This document shows positions 38,480 through 48,294 of a DNA stretch of 64,000 nt, piece after piece (within the stretch, counting starts at the first letter, position 1; each line of letters begins with the position of its first letter). The stretch is from an uncultured Acidobacteriota bacterium (GTDB lineage: Bacteria > Acidobacteriota > Thermoanaerobaculia > UBA5066 > Gp7-AA6). The stretch covers positions 302,114 to 366,113 of the forward strand of contig CAVTYD010000003.1 of the NCBI GenBank assembly GCA_963738945.1, read 5' to 3'. The notes beneath the pieces are model-generated. The model was not told where the DNA came from and searched no databases. It worked only from the letters and a program-made list of their open reading frames with translations. The position numbers and the translations under genes were made by a program.

Positions 38480-38956
38480 ATGAAACGGTTTCTCACCATC
38501 CCCGGCATCGCACTCATCGCTCTCTCAGCGGCCGCCGCCGCCCGCGCCGACGAGGGGTCGACCGGACCCCGCGCCGCGTGGGGACACGGCCTTCGTCACA
38601 TGGAGCAGTGCCTCGCGAGCATGGACCTGCCCGCGTCCGTCAAGTCGAACATCGACGCCAGCCTGAGCTCCGGCCGCGCGACACTCAAGGCGGACGGTCA
38701 GTCGCTGAAGACCCTGCATGCGCAGATGCAGACGGACCTCGCCAACGGAGCCGACAAATCCGTCCTCGGCCAGGATGCCATCAACCTCGACGCCGCCCGT
38801 CAGAAGATGAAGACGGACGCCAGGTCGCTCCACGACGAGCTGCTCTCGCAGCTGTCGCCCGACCAGCAGGACGCGCTGCGCGCCTGCGCCTCCTCTCACG
38901 GCCGGCAGGGATCCGGACCTTCGTCCGGCACCGGCTCCGAGACTCCCCAAGACTAA
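38480..38956 (+). CDS. Spy/CpxP-family periplasmic protein (LTxxQ-type)
   Basis: A signal peptide is present. The protein is helical and carries LSPDQQ. An AAAGGAG ribosome-binding site precedes the start. Confidence 0.5.
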   Translation: MKRFLTIPGIALIALSAAAAARADEGSTGPRAAWGHGLRHMEQCLASMDLPASVKSNIDASLSSGRATLKADGQSLKTLHAQMQTDLANGADKSVLGQDAINLDAARQKMKTDARSLHDELLSQLSPDQQDALRACASSHGRQGSGPSSGTGSETPQD

Positions 38957-39085
38957 CGACGGCAGCCCCTCCGCGGCCCGGGTACCGAGACCCGGGCCGC
39001 ACTTTTTTCTCCTTTCAGGACCAACCGCTCGAAAAGGCGGATCCGTCCGTGCAACCCGGCGCCCCGCGGCCCGTAGCTTCCCGAT

Positions 39086-40165
39086 GTGAAGCTCTCGCGG
39101 ATCGGAGCGGTCGGACTGGGACTGCTCGTCCTCGCATCGGCGGGCGCCGCTCCGCCGCGTGCGGCTCCGGAGGTCGATCCCCTCGCCGCCGAAATCGCGC
39201 GCTGGCAGACCTTCGTCGCGACGCACCGTTCCGGAAACGACACGTGGGCCGACGTGAAGGAGTCGAGCGAGAAGACCCTCGCGAGCGCGGCCGCGTCCCT
39301 GCAGCGCGGCGACCGCGATCTCGCGCTGATGCGCCTGGCCGCGGTGCGGATCAACCTCGCCGCGTCCGAGTACGTCGACTCGCGGGCCGCCGCCGGGCTC
39401 CAGACGCCCGAAGCTTTCGAGGCCGAGTGGAAACGGGTGGGCGAAGTGCTGCGCGTCGACCTGGCCGCGCCGAGCCCGGACGCGCTGTCGGGAGTGCGGC
39501 CGGCCTCGGCCCGCGCCGTCGCCGAGGTCGCGCGGCTGCAGTTGCGCGAGTACTACGACAGCGCGCTCGAGTACGGCCGCAACACGATGGCGCAGTACGG
39601 ACTCTTCTACGTCGGGGCGGCCCTGGCGCAGCGCGATTTCGTCGCCTTCGCGCGGACGCTCCACGAACCCGACTCGAAACCGCTGCCGGCGCTGCGGCCG
39701 CTCGTCCCCGATCTCGACGGTCTGGAGGATGCGCTGCTGGCGGCCTACCGCCCCCCGGTCTCGATCGAGCGACACTCGGATTTCATCGGCGCGAGCGCCT
39801 CGCTCAAGGAGGCGCGCGAGCTCGATCGAGCGGGCTTCCGTTACGGAGCGCTCTACAAGTACCTGCAGGCCGCGCAGCGGCTGCCGGTCGCCCGCGATGA
39901 GGCCGGCGTCGCCGCCAGGCTCGATGCCTTCGCGAAGCGGCTCGCCGGCAGCCCGACCGACGCCTCGATCGGGGTTCTCTATCTCGACCTGGCCCGCGCC
40001 GATCTCGCGTCCGCCAAACCCGGCGCGCCTTCCGCCGCCGCGGCCGCCATCGCCGACGACGTGCTTCCCCGCTATTTCGCCGCCCTCGCTCCGGCGCCTC
40101 CTCCATCCACCCCGGGACCGGGCGCGGAGGTGACGGTCACGCTCGTGCGCTGGCCCTACACCTGA
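39086..40165 (+). CDS. Secreted helical protein ending in the first beta-strand of a thioredoxin-like domain; likely N-terminal part of a single gene continuing through TGA into 40187..40912
   Basis: A signal peptide is followed by a ~320-aa helical region and a Pro-rich linker. The C-terminus EVTVTLVRWPYT* aligns with VVVELWATWCPPC of the downstream domain. Confidence 0.55.
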   Translation: MKLSRIGAVGLGLLVLASAGAAPPRAAPEVDPLAAEIARWQTFVATHRSGNDTWADVKESSEKTLASAAASLQRGDRDLALMRLAAVRINLAASEYVDSRAAAGLQTPEAFEAEWKRVGEVLRVDLAAPSPDALSGVRPASARAVAEVARLQLREYYDSALEYGRNTMAQYGLFYVGAALAQRDFVAFARTLHEPDSKPLPALRPLVPDLDGLEDALLAAYRPPVSIERHSDFIGASASLKEARELDRAGFRYGALYKYLQAAQRLPVARDEAGVAARLDAFAKRLAGSPTDASIGVLYLDLARADLASAKPGAPSAAAAAIADDVLPRYFAALAPAPPPSTPGPGAEVTVTLVRWPYT

Positions 40166-40186
40166 AACCTCTCCGACCCGGCAAGT

Positions 40187-40912
40187 TTGCTGGCCCGGAG
40201 CGTCGTGCGGGACTTCGGAGGCAAGGCGCGTTTCGTCTCGGAAAACTACGGCGACTCGGAGCTCGCCCGAAAGAGCGGCGTGAGCTTCTATCCCGCGATC
40301 TTCGTCGACGACATCCTCGTCGCGACCCCGCGGGACTTCTACAACCCCGACGAAAAGGCGACCGGACGGTACATACCGTTCAAGACCGCGGCGAGCCACG
40401 AGCGCTTCCGGGCGGACCTCTCGCGCATGATCGCGTTGATCCTCGAGGGGCGCAAGGACGCCGCGCGCGCGGTCGCGGCGCCGTCGAAGGCCGATCCGAT
40501 CGCGTCGCTGCCGGATCGGGCCTTCGTGGATCTGGACGGCCGGGAAGTCGCCCGCGCCGATCTCGCCGGCCGCGCCGTCGTCGTCGAGCTCTGGGCGACG
40601 TGGTGCCCGCCGTGCCGGGGCTCGCTCGCCTGGCTCGGCGGCCTGAAGCGGCGCTACGGCGATCGGCTCGCCGTCGTCGCGGTCGCGGTGAAGTCCGAGG
40701 AGAAGGACGTGCGCAAGCTGACCTCCGAGCTCGCCCTTCCCCTGACCTGGACGATGGGAACGCCGGAGCTCGTCACCGCCCTCGGTGATGTGACCTCGGT
40801 GCCCACGCTCCTCGTCTTCGACCGCGAGGGGCGGGCCGCCGGCGCCTACTACGGCGCGCCGCCCACACTGCATGCGGAGGTCGAGGGGCGGCTCACGAAG
40901 CTGCTCGAGTAA
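40187..40912 (+). CDS. TlpA-like thiol:disulfide oxidoreductase (thioredoxin fold, WCPPC) – in frame with upstream ORF across a single TGA
   Basis: The WATWCPPC active site is present. The N-terminal 100 aa look like the C-terminal half of a thioredoxin fold lacking the CxxC motif. There is no ribosome-binding site before the TTG start. The frame is the same as 39086..40165. Confidence 0.6.
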   Translation: MLARSVVRDFGGKARFVSENYGDSELARKSGVSFYPAIFVDDILVATPRDFYNPDEKATGRYIPFKTAASHERFRADLSRMIALILEGRKDAARAVAAPSKADPIASLPDRAFVDLDGREVARADLAGRAVVVELWATWCPPCRGSLAWLGGLKRRYGDRLAVVAVAVKSEEKDVRKLTSELALPLTWTMGTPELVTALGDVTSVPTLLVFDREGRAAGAYYGAPPTLHAEVEGRLTKLLE

Positions 40913-40918
40913 CGGTCC

Positions 40919-42001
40919 TCACTCCGCGGCCATCTCGCCCCGGGCCTCCTGGTAGGCGCGCTCGATCGCGGACCGCGCGAAGAAGTCGTCGAAGGCCGCG
41001 CCGCGCGGGAAGCTGTCGCCCGCGAACGCCTTTCTCTCCGCCGCGAGATCCACGCGTTCCCGCGTCTCTTCGAGCGTCGCTCCCGCGCGCACCTCTCCGC
41101 CGACCTGCCGCTCGAGATCCTGCAGCAACGCCGACACCTTCTTCGCATAGCTCCAGTCCCGCTGGACGGGACCGTGGCCGGGCACGATCGCCGCGGCGTC
41201 GATCGCCGTCAGGGCCGAGAGGGTCTCGATCCAGGCCGCGGGATGACATCCGTAGCCGTACGGCGTCGGGCTGACCAGGAGGTCGCCCGTCGCGACGACC
41301 TTCGCATCCGGCACGATCACGACCGCGTCCCCTTCGGTATTGCCCATTCCGAGGAACGCGACGCGCACTTCGCGCGATCCGAGGTCGATGCGGAGCTCCT
41401 TCTCGAAGGTCAGGCTCGGCGCGACGATGCGCGCTCCCGAGACCTCCGCCATCTCGAGGTTCACGTCTTCCACCTGGCTCGCGAGGTAGCGCCTCAGCTC
41501 CTCGGGCATCGAAGAGCCGTCGAGGCGCGTTCCGTCCGCGAGGCGCTCCTCGAGGTATTTCCCGTACGCGGCGTCGGTCTGCGCGAGGCTCTCGAGGTAG
41601 GGCACCTGCTTTTCGAGCATCTTGCGCCGCGTGAACGCCGTCGAGACGAACGTGATCCCGGGGAAGGCGTCGCGAAAGGCGGCATCGCCGGCAATGTGGT
41701 CGAGGTGCCAGTGCGTGTGCACGAGATAACGCACCGGCCGGTCGGTCTTCTTTCGGATCTCGGCGGCCATGCGGCGCGCGAGCGAGGGAAAACGGCCCGA
41801 GTCGACCAGAAGGACGGCGTCATCCCCGATGACCGCGAGCACGTTACCGCTCGGAATGGGACCGTCGGTCTCCGGCGAGATGAACGCGTAGACGCCCGGC
41901 CCGACCTGGACCGTCTGATACATCCGCTCCGCGGGGAACGCGCCCCGAGCGGCCGCGGACAACACCAGCATCAACCCTCCGAGCGCGACCTTCGATCGCA
42001 T
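40919..42001 (-). CDS. MBL-fold metallo-hydrolase, secreted
   Basis: The HTHWHLDH (HxHxDH) motif is present. A signal peptide follows the ATG at 42001, which has a GGGAGG ribosome-binding site. Confidence 0.75.
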   Translation of the reverse strand: MRSKVALGGLMLVLSAAARGAFPAERMYQTVQVGPGVYAFISPETDGPIPSGNVLAVIGDDAVLLVDSGRFPSLARRMAAEIRKKTDRPVRYLVHTHWHLDHIAGDAAFRDAFPGITFVSTAFTRRKMLEKQVPYLESLAQTDAAYGKYLEERLADGTRLDGSSMPEELRRYLASQVEDVNLEMAEVSGARIVAPSLTFEKELRIDLGSREVRVAFLGMGNTEGDAVVIVPDAKVVATGDLLVSPTPYGYGCHPAAWIETLSALTAIDAAAIVPGHGPVQRDWSYAKKVSALLQDLERQVGGEVRAGATLEETRERVDLAAERKAFAGDSFPRGAAFDDFFARSAIERAYQEARGEMAAE

Positions 42002-42145
42002 GCGTCCTCCCTCGCTCCCGCCTGAGAGCTCGAACGAAACCATGCCCCCGAAGTTGCAGCCCCGGCCGCTCGGCGTTGAAACCGACGGGCCGCCGGGAGG
42101 ACGAACGCCTCGAAACGCGGGCCGGCCGCGGTATGCTTTCGTCAC

Positions 42146-43828
42146 TTGCTCCGCGCTTCGAGGATTCGTTCCGTGCTGGCCCTCTGCGCCGGCATTCTCG
42201 CCGGGAGGGACGCGTCTGCCGACGAGCTTGCCAAACTTCTCGCTCGCCCCGTCTCTCCGGGTTCACTCGCGATGCTGGCCCGGCAGGCCGGCAAGCCGGG
42301 AGTTCGTGAGCGCCTCGAGGCTGGCCTCCGCAGCACCGATGCCGCATCGCGCGGCGCGGCGGCGAGGGTTCTCGACGTCTCGATGGAGCGCGCCGCCGCG
42401 CCCGCGACGAGAGAGGCCCTTGCCCAGGAAACCGACGCCGGCGCAGCGACGGAAGAGATGCAGACGCTGCTGGCCCTGGGCGGTCCCGACTCGGACGCCG
42501 ACGTCCTGAAAGCCGCGGGGCGTTTTTCGCCCGGGCTCAACGCGGCGCTCGTGCTGCTCATTGCCCGCGCGCGAGCCACCGCGGCGCTCCCTCTCTACTT
42601 CGACACGCTTCGCGAGCTCGACCTTTCGGCGCACACCCGGCAGCTCTTCTTCACGGAGGCGACGCGCGGCCGGCCCGACGCCTTGATCGCGGCCGCGGCG
42701 CTCGCGTTCGGCCATCGGGACGCGCCGGCATGGCAGGCGGTGCTGAACGCGGCCTCCGAGCTCGGAATCGAGATCCAGTCTTCCCTGCTCGCGAGCGCGC
42801 TCCGCTCGGATCAGACCGTCTTTCGCGGAGAGGCGTCGTGGTATCTGGCGAAGAATTACTGCGGCAAGACGCCTTCCGACGCCGCGGCGCTCCTCGCGGA
42901 CCTGGCCCAGGGTGAGCCTTCATCCTCGATGACCGTCGATCCGGAGCTTCACTTCGGCACCGAGCTTCTGCGCCGTGTCCTCGGTCAGGCCCCGGTGGAA
43001 GACGGCGCCTGGATCGCCTGCCTCGAGTCCAGCACGACTTGCCATCTGGACTCCGATTTCGGATCGAGCCCGCTGCTCGCCTATCTCACGGATCGCGAGC
43101 GGGAAGCCGTCGACCGGCGAAACGCGGCCGCTCACCCCGATGCGAAAGAGGACAAGGACAAGACACGCGACAAGAAGCCGGGATCGACCTCCGAGAACCA
43201 GACCCTGCTTCGTCTCGTGACGGGACTGCCACCGGGCATCGCCACGGACCTCTTTCGCCTCGAATCCTGCACATCGGGTCTCGTGGGGCACGAGTTCGGA
43301 GTTGCGGTCATCGAGTTCCGGCCGGACGGCATTCCCCGCCACGTCGAGATCAAGCTCGCCCCGGACCAGGAAGCCTGTGGACGGATCGCCGGCACCCTGT
43401 TCCTGATGTCGCGTGCACCCGACGCCGTGCCCGATCCTTCAACCGACCGAACGGCGTATCTCGTCCCGACTCTCCTGGCGGCCCTCGAATGTCCCGACGC
43501 CATCCCGAACCCGGGTCCCGGCGCCGAGGCCGGGTCGAACGTGGTCCGCGTGCGCGGAAAGGTGGAAGCGCCGAAGCTGACGCAGCGGGTGCAGCCGGCC
43601 TACCCCTCCTCGCTCCGCAAGAGAGGGGAAGAGGGAGTCAGCCTGTACGAGGCGATCATCACGACCACGGGCTGCGTCAGCGAGCTTCGCCTCGTCCGCT
43701 CGTCGTACCCGGAGCTCGACATGCTCGGAATGGAAGCCATCTCGCAATGGCGCTACACGCCCGCGCGCCTCGACGGCCGCCCCGTCCGCGTCTACCTCAC
43801 CGTCACCGTCACGTTCCGGCTCCACTGA
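42146..43828 (+). CDS. Secreted HEAT-repeat protein with C-terminal TonB (energy-transducer) domain
   Basis: The C-terminal ~90 aa match TonB_C (VEAPKLTQRVQPAYP...GRPVRVYLTVTVTFRL). There is an N-terminal signal peptide and HEAT-like repeats. Confidence 0.55.
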   Translation: MLRASRIRSVLALCAGILAGRDASADELAKLLARPVSPGSLAMLARQAGKPGVRERLEAGLRSTDAASRGAAARVLDVSMERAAAPATREALAQETDAGAATEEMQTLLALGGPDSDADVLKAAGRFSPGLNAALVLLIARARATAALPLYFDTLRELDLSAHTRQLFFTEATRGRPDALIAAAALAFGHRDAPAWQAVLNAASELGIEIQSSLLASALRSDQTVFRGEASWYLAKNYCGKTPSDAAALLADLAQGEPSSSMTVDPELHFGTELLRRVLGQAPVEDGAWIACLESSTTCHLDSDFGSSPLLAYLTDREREAVDRRNAAAHPDAKEDKDKTRDKKPGSTSENQTLLRLVTGLPPGIATDLFRLESCTSGLVGHEFGVAVIEFRPDGIPRHVEIKLAPDQEACGRIAGTLFLMSRAPDAVPDPSTDRTAYLVPTLLAALECPDAIPNPGPGAEAGSNVVRVRGKVEAPKLTQRVQPAYPSSLRKRGEEGVSLYEAIITTTGCVSELRLVRSSYPELDMLGMEAISQWRYTPARLDGRPVRVYLTVTVTFRLH

Positions 43829-43831
43829 GGC

Positions 43832-45238
43832 TCAGTCGCTCGGGAAAACCTGGTACTGCTCGATCTTCCCGTCGGGCATGTCGCGCTCGGCGATCGAGAC
43901 GTTCCTTCCTCCGCCGAACTTGACCTCGAACATCCGGAACGTCATGCCCCCGCGCTCGTTCGACCGGGTCTGGTGGACCTCGGCGATGACGAGCGGTGCG
44001 AGGCTCGATGCGAAGTCGCCGATCGCCTGGTCGCTGAAGTAGCTGTTGCCGTTCGACGTGAACAGGGACCGGTCGAGCTTTCCTCTCTGCAGGCCCTCGA
44101 GAATCTGGCGCGCGCGAATCTCGGCCGGCCCGGCGCCGCCGCGGGCGAACAGCAGGTCGGCGATCTTGCCGGCGATCGCACCCGATGCCTCGCTCGAATC
44201 CTGGTTCACGAGCACCGCGATGGCCGCGCCGTCGTCCGGGAAGACCAGGTTCGCAGCCGTGAAGCCCGACACCTCCCCGCCATGCTCGAGCAGACGGTGA
44301 CCCTCACGCAGGTGGACGCCCATGCCGAGCGCGTAGGAGATGCCGACGCCGTCCTTGCGCAGGACGTCGGTCTGCATCTGCCGGTAGGACGCCGGCTTCA
44401 GGAGCTTCTGCTCGAGCATGCCGACGTCCCAGCGCGCGAGGTCCTCCGCCGTCATCGCGAGCTCGCCCGCGGCGAAGAGCCAGCCCTTTCCCTCCTTCGG
44501 CGCGGGGCGAAGCGGCCCGAGCGCGTAGCGCAAATATCCGGTCGGGTCGGTGTCGCCGAGCCGCTCCTGATCGATGTTGAGGACGCTCGACATCCCGAGC
44601 GGGCGGAAGATCCGCGCCGTCAGGAAGGTCAGCAGCGGCATCCCGCTCGCCTTCTCGACGATGAGACCGGCGATCACGTAGCCGGTGTTCGAGTACTGGT
44701 ACTGCGCGCCGGGCTCGAAGTCGAGAGGGCGCCTGGCCCACCGGTCGAGGATCGCCTGCGCGGTCGTCGGCTGGAGCATGAAAGGGGGCACGTAGTCCTG
44801 CGGCCAGTAGTCCTGGTAGCCGGACGTGTGGGAGAGCAGCTCCCGGATCGTGACCTCGTCGCCGCGGGTCAGGCCCGGAACGAACTTCGAGACGGGATCG
44901 TCGAGCGAGAGCTTGCCCTCTTCGGCGAGCATCAGGACCGCCGTCGCCGTGAATTGCTTGCTGACCGAACCGATCGAGTAGCGCATCTTCGGCTCGGCCG
45001 GCGCGGAGGGCTCCAGGTGCGCCGAGCCGTAGGCCTGGAGGTAGGCGATCTGTCCGTTTCGAACGACGGCCACGGAAGCGCCGGGCGCCCCGCTCTTCGC
45101 CAGAGCCTCGCGAGCGGCGGCGTCGATGGCCGTTCGGAGCGTCGAGTCGAGAGAGGCGTTCTGGCCGACCGCGGTCCGGGGCGCGAACAGGATGAAACCC
45201 GCCAACAGCGGGACGAGACGGGAGACGGCTCGGTGCAT
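43832..45238 (-). CDS. Beta-lactamase-family serine hydrolase, secreted
   Basis: The SVSKQ (SxxK) and YSNTG motifs and a signal peptide are present. An AAGGAG ribosome-binding site precedes the ATG at 45238. Confidence 0.75.
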   Translation of the reverse strand: MHRAVSRLVPLLAGFILFAPRTAVGQNASLDSTLRTAIDAAAREALAKSGAPGASVAVVRNGQIAYLQAYGSAHLEPSAPAEPKMRYSIGSVSKQFTATAVLMLAEEGKLSLDDPVSKFVPGLTRGDEVTIRELLSHTSGYQDYWPQDYVPPFMLQPTTAQAILDRWARRPLDFEPGAQYQYSNTGYVIAGLIVEKASGMPLLTFLTARIFRPLGMSSVLNIDQERLGDTDPTGYLRYALGPLRPAPKEGKGWLFAAGELAMTAEDLARWDVGMLEQKLLKPASYRQMQTDVLRKDGVGISYALGMGVHLREGHRLLEHGGEVSGFTAANLVFPDDGAAIAVLVNQDSSEASGAIAGKIADLLFARGGAGPAEIRARQILEGLQRGKLDRSLFTSNGNSYFSDQAIGDFASSLAPLVIAEVHQTRSNERGGMTFRMFEVKFGGGRNVSIAERDMPDGKIEQYQVFPSD

Positions 45239-45326
45239 CGGCGCTCCTTCGTGTCGAGAGGAATCGGGGAATCTTTGGGTCCGGTTCATCGTATATAACC
45301 CGGGTTTTGGCCCGAAGGGGGAAGGT

Positions 45327-45854
45327 ATGCGCAAGTGGGCTCCGGCGCTCCTCGGAGCGGTGCTGGCGGCGACTCCCGCCTCCGCCGAGGTCGTGGACGT
45401 CGGCGGGAACGGGTTCGAGGTCCGCGAGACCGTGACGGTCTCCGCCGACCCCGCCCGCGCCTGGTCGGCCCTGATCGAGGTCGGCAAGTGGTGGGACCCG
45501 GCGCACACCTACTCGGGCGATTCGGCCAACCTGTCGATCGACCCCCGGCCGCAGGGATGCTGGTGCGAGAAGCTGCCGGGCCAGGCCGGCGTCGCGCACA
45601 TGACCGTCGTCTTCGCCGACCCGGGCAAGATGCTGCGGCTCTTCGGCGGACTCGGGCCGATGCAGGCGATGGCCGTCGCGGGCGTGATGACGTGGACGTT
45701 CACCCCGGGGCCGAACGGCACCGCGGTGGAGACGACGTACTCGGCCGGCGGCTACAACCGGGGCGGCTTCAAGGATCTCGCACCGGGCGTCGACGGCGTT
45801 CTCGCGGGCCAGATGGCGCGCTACCAGCGCTACGTCAACAGTGGAAAGCCATAG
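45327..45854 (+). CDS. Secreted SRPBCC-superfamily protein
   Basis: A signal peptide is present. The sequence is SRPBCC/AHSA1-like (ARAWSALIEVGKWWDP). Confidence 0.5.
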   Translation: MRKWAPALLGAVLAATPASAEVVDVGGNGFEVRETVTVSADPARAWSALIEVGKWWDPAHTYSGDSANLSIDPRPQGCWCEKLPGQAGVAHMTVVFADPGKMLRLFGGLGPMQAMAVAGVMTWTFTPGPNGTAVETTYSAGGYNRGGFKDLAPGVDGVLAGQMARYQRYVNSGKP

Positions 45855-45867
45855 GAGACTCATCGTG

Positions 45868-47994
45868 ATGAAGGTCCTCGACCACCCGGCGGCGGGATTC
45901 GCCGTCGCCCTCTGCCTGGCGGGTGCGCTGCCCGCCCAGGCACAACTCCCCTCCTCCAACCCGTTCGCTTCGCCGAGTCCGCTGCTCGACCAGGCGCCTC
46001 CGTTCGACAAGATCAAGGACTCGGATTTCCTGCCGGCCTTCGAAGAGGGCATGAAGCAGCAGAGGGCCGAGATCGACGCGATCGCCGACAACCCGCAGCC
46101 CCCGACGTTCGAGAACACGATCGTCGCCATGGAGCGCTCGGGAGAGCTGTTGACGCGCGTGGCGAAGGTCTTCTTCAACCTGGATCAGTCGGACACCAAC
46201 GAAGCCCGGCGGAAGATCAAGGCCGAGATGGCTCCGAAGCTCGCCGCGCACAACGACGCCATCAACCTCAACCCGAAGCTGTATGCGCGGATCAAGGCGC
46301 TCTACGAGAAGCGCGATCAGCTCGGCCTCGACCCCGAGGGCAAATATCTGATCGAGCGCGACCACCTCAGCTTCATCCGTTCGGGCGCCGAGCTCTCCGA
46401 CGCCGACAAGGCGACGCTGACCGCATGGAACCAGGAAGAATCGAAGCTGACCACCGAGTTCATCGACAAGGTGCTCAAGGCGACCAACGACGGCGCGGTC
46501 GTCGTCCGGAGCGAGAAAGAGCTCGCCGGTCTCTCCGCCCAGGACGTCGCGGCGGCCGCCCGGGCGGCCGAGGACCGCAAGCTCGCGGGTCAATGGCTGC
46601 TGGCGCTCCAGAACACGACGCAGCAGCCGGCGCTCGAATCGCTGACCGACCGCGCACTGCGGCAGCGCGTGCTCGAGGCCTCCGTGCGCCGGGGCGAGGG
46701 AGGTCCCGACGACACCCGGCCGATCGTCGCCCGGCTGGCCGAGCTGCGCGCGCAGAAGGCGAAGCTGCTCGGGTTTTCGACCTACGCGGCATACGTCCTC
46801 GACGATCAGATGGCGAAGACGCCGGCAAACGCCGAGAAGCTCATGACCGATCTCGTGCCCGCTTCGACCGACAAGGCGCGGGCGGAGGCGGCCCGCCTGC
46901 AGAAGCAGATCGACGCCGAGAAGGGCGGTTTCTCTTTGACGGCGGCCGACTGGGAGCTCTACTCTGAAAAGGTCCGCAAGGCGGAGTACGACCTGGATGA
47001 GTCGGAGCTGAAGCCCTACCTCGAGCTCGATCGCGTGCTGCAGGACGGCGTCTTCTTCGCGGCGAACCAGCTCTACGGCATCACCTTCAAGCCGCGGCCG
47101 GATCTGCCCGTCTACCACCCGGACGTTCGGGTCTGGGAGGTCTTCGACGCCGACGGGAAATCGCTCGCTCTCTACTACGGCGACTATTTCCAGAGGCCGT
47201 CGAAGGGCGGCGGAGCCTGGTGCGACAGCTTCGTGGATCAGTCCCGCCTGCTCGGCACCCGGCCCGTGGTCGTCAATAACTTGAATTTCACCAAGCCGGC
47301 CGCGGGGGAGCCCGCCTTGATCTCCTTCACCAACGTGACGACGCTCTTTCACGAGTTCGGCCACGCGCTGCACGGGATGTTCCAGAACGTGAACTACCCG
47401 ACGCTCGCCGGCACGCCGCGCGACTTCGTCGAGTTTCCGTCGCAATTCAACGAGCACTGGGCCCTCGAGCCCGCGGTCTTCGCCCACTACGCGAAGCACC
47501 ACCGGACGGGCACTCCCATGCCCGACTCGCTGGTGGCGAAGATCAAGAAGGCGAAGACGTTCAACCAGGGCTACCTCACGACCGAGTACCTGGCGGCGGC
47601 GCTGCTCGACATGGCCTGGCACACGCTTCCGGCGAATGCTCCGAAGCAGGACGTGGACGCGTTCGAGAAGGCGGCTCTCGCGCGGTACAAGGTCGACCTC
47701 CCCGCGGTGCCGCCCCGATATCACTCGACCTACTTCGCGCACATCTGGGGCGGCGGCTACGCCGCCGGCTACTACGGGTACCTCTGGGCGGAGGTGATCG
47801 ACGACGACGCCTGGTCGTGGTTCCAGGAGAACGGCGGGATGACGCGGGGCAACGGCCAGCGGTTCCGCGACATGCTGCTGTCGCGCGGACACACGGAGGA
47901 TCTGGCGACGATGTACCGGGCCTTCCGCGGCCGCGACCCGATCGTGGAACCGCTTCTCGAAGAGCGCGGCCTCGCGGCGCCGAAGAAGCCTTGA
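45868..47994 (+). CDS. dcp: Peptidyl-dipeptidase Dcp (M3 family metallopeptidase), secreted
   Basis: The HEFGH zinc motif and the M3A family N-terminal region are present. A signal peptide follows the ATG at 45868, which has an AGGAG ribosome-binding site. Confidence 0.8.
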   Translation: MKVLDHPAAGFAVALCLAGALPAQAQLPSSNPFASPSPLLDQAPPFDKIKDSDFLPAFEEGMKQQRAEIDAIADNPQPPTFENTIVAMERSGELLTRVAKVFFNLDQSDTNEARRKIKAEMAPKLAAHNDAINLNPKLYARIKALYEKRDQLGLDPEGKYLIERDHLSFIRSGAELSDADKATLTAWNQEESKLTTEFIDKVLKATNDGAVVVRSEKELAGLSAQDVAAAARAAEDRKLAGQWLLALQNTTQQPALESLTDRALRQRVLEASVRRGEGGPDDTRPIVARLAELRAQKAKLLGFSTYAAYVLDDQMAKTPANAEKLMTDLVPASTDKARAEAARLQKQIDAEKGGFSLTAADWELYSEKVRKAEYDLDESELKPYLELDRVLQDGVFFAANQLYGITFKPRPDLPVYHPDVRVWEVFDADGKSLALYYGDYFQRPSKGGGAWCDSFVDQSRLLGTRPVVVNNLNFTKPAAGEPALISFTNVTTLFHEFGHALHGMFQNVNYPTLAGTPRDFVEFPSQFNEHWALEPAVFAHYAKHHRTGTPMPDSLVAKIKKAKTFNQGYLTTEYLAAALLDMAWHTLPANAPKQDVDAFEKAALARYKVDLPAVPPRYHSTYFAHIWGGGYAAGYYGYLWAEVIDDDAWSWFQENGGMTRGNGQRFRDMLLSRGHTEDLATMYRAFRGRDPIVEPLLEERGLAAPKKP

Positions 47995-48227
47995 CCCCCG
48001 AGACGCTCGGCGGGCTTCTCGGCAACTTCTCGGTCGCCGACCTCGTCCTGGCGATCTTCTTCGGGCTCGTCGGCTTCGCGGCATTCCGCTACGGGCGGAA
48101 GAACGATGAGCCGCGGCCGCTCTTCATCGGCATCGCCCTGATGGCCTACGGCTACTTCGTGACGAACGCGTGGGTCTCCTTCGCGATCGGAACCGTGCTC
48201 ACGCTCCTCCTGTTCTTTCCCCGATAA
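47991..48227 (+). CDS. Small 2-TM membrane protein (putative; TTG start overlapping dcp stop)
   Basis: The ORF has two hydrophobic helices. The start is uncertain. Confidence 0.3.
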   Translation: MTPETLGGLLGNFSVADLVLAIFFGLVGFAAFRYGRKNDEPRPLFIGIALMAYGYFVTNAWVSFAIGTVLTLLLFFPR

Positions 48228-48294
48228 ACACCGGCGTCGATCGCTCGTATGAGACTCGGGCGCCGCGCCGTCTCGCGGCCGCCGGGAGGTCGTC

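Noticed and set aside
40163-40165. Confident selenocysteine call at the in-frame TGA
   Set aside because: There is no partner Cys or known UxxC/CxxU context. No SECIS hairpin is obvious by eye and no sel genes are in the window. The observation is kept as a finding with low Sec probability.
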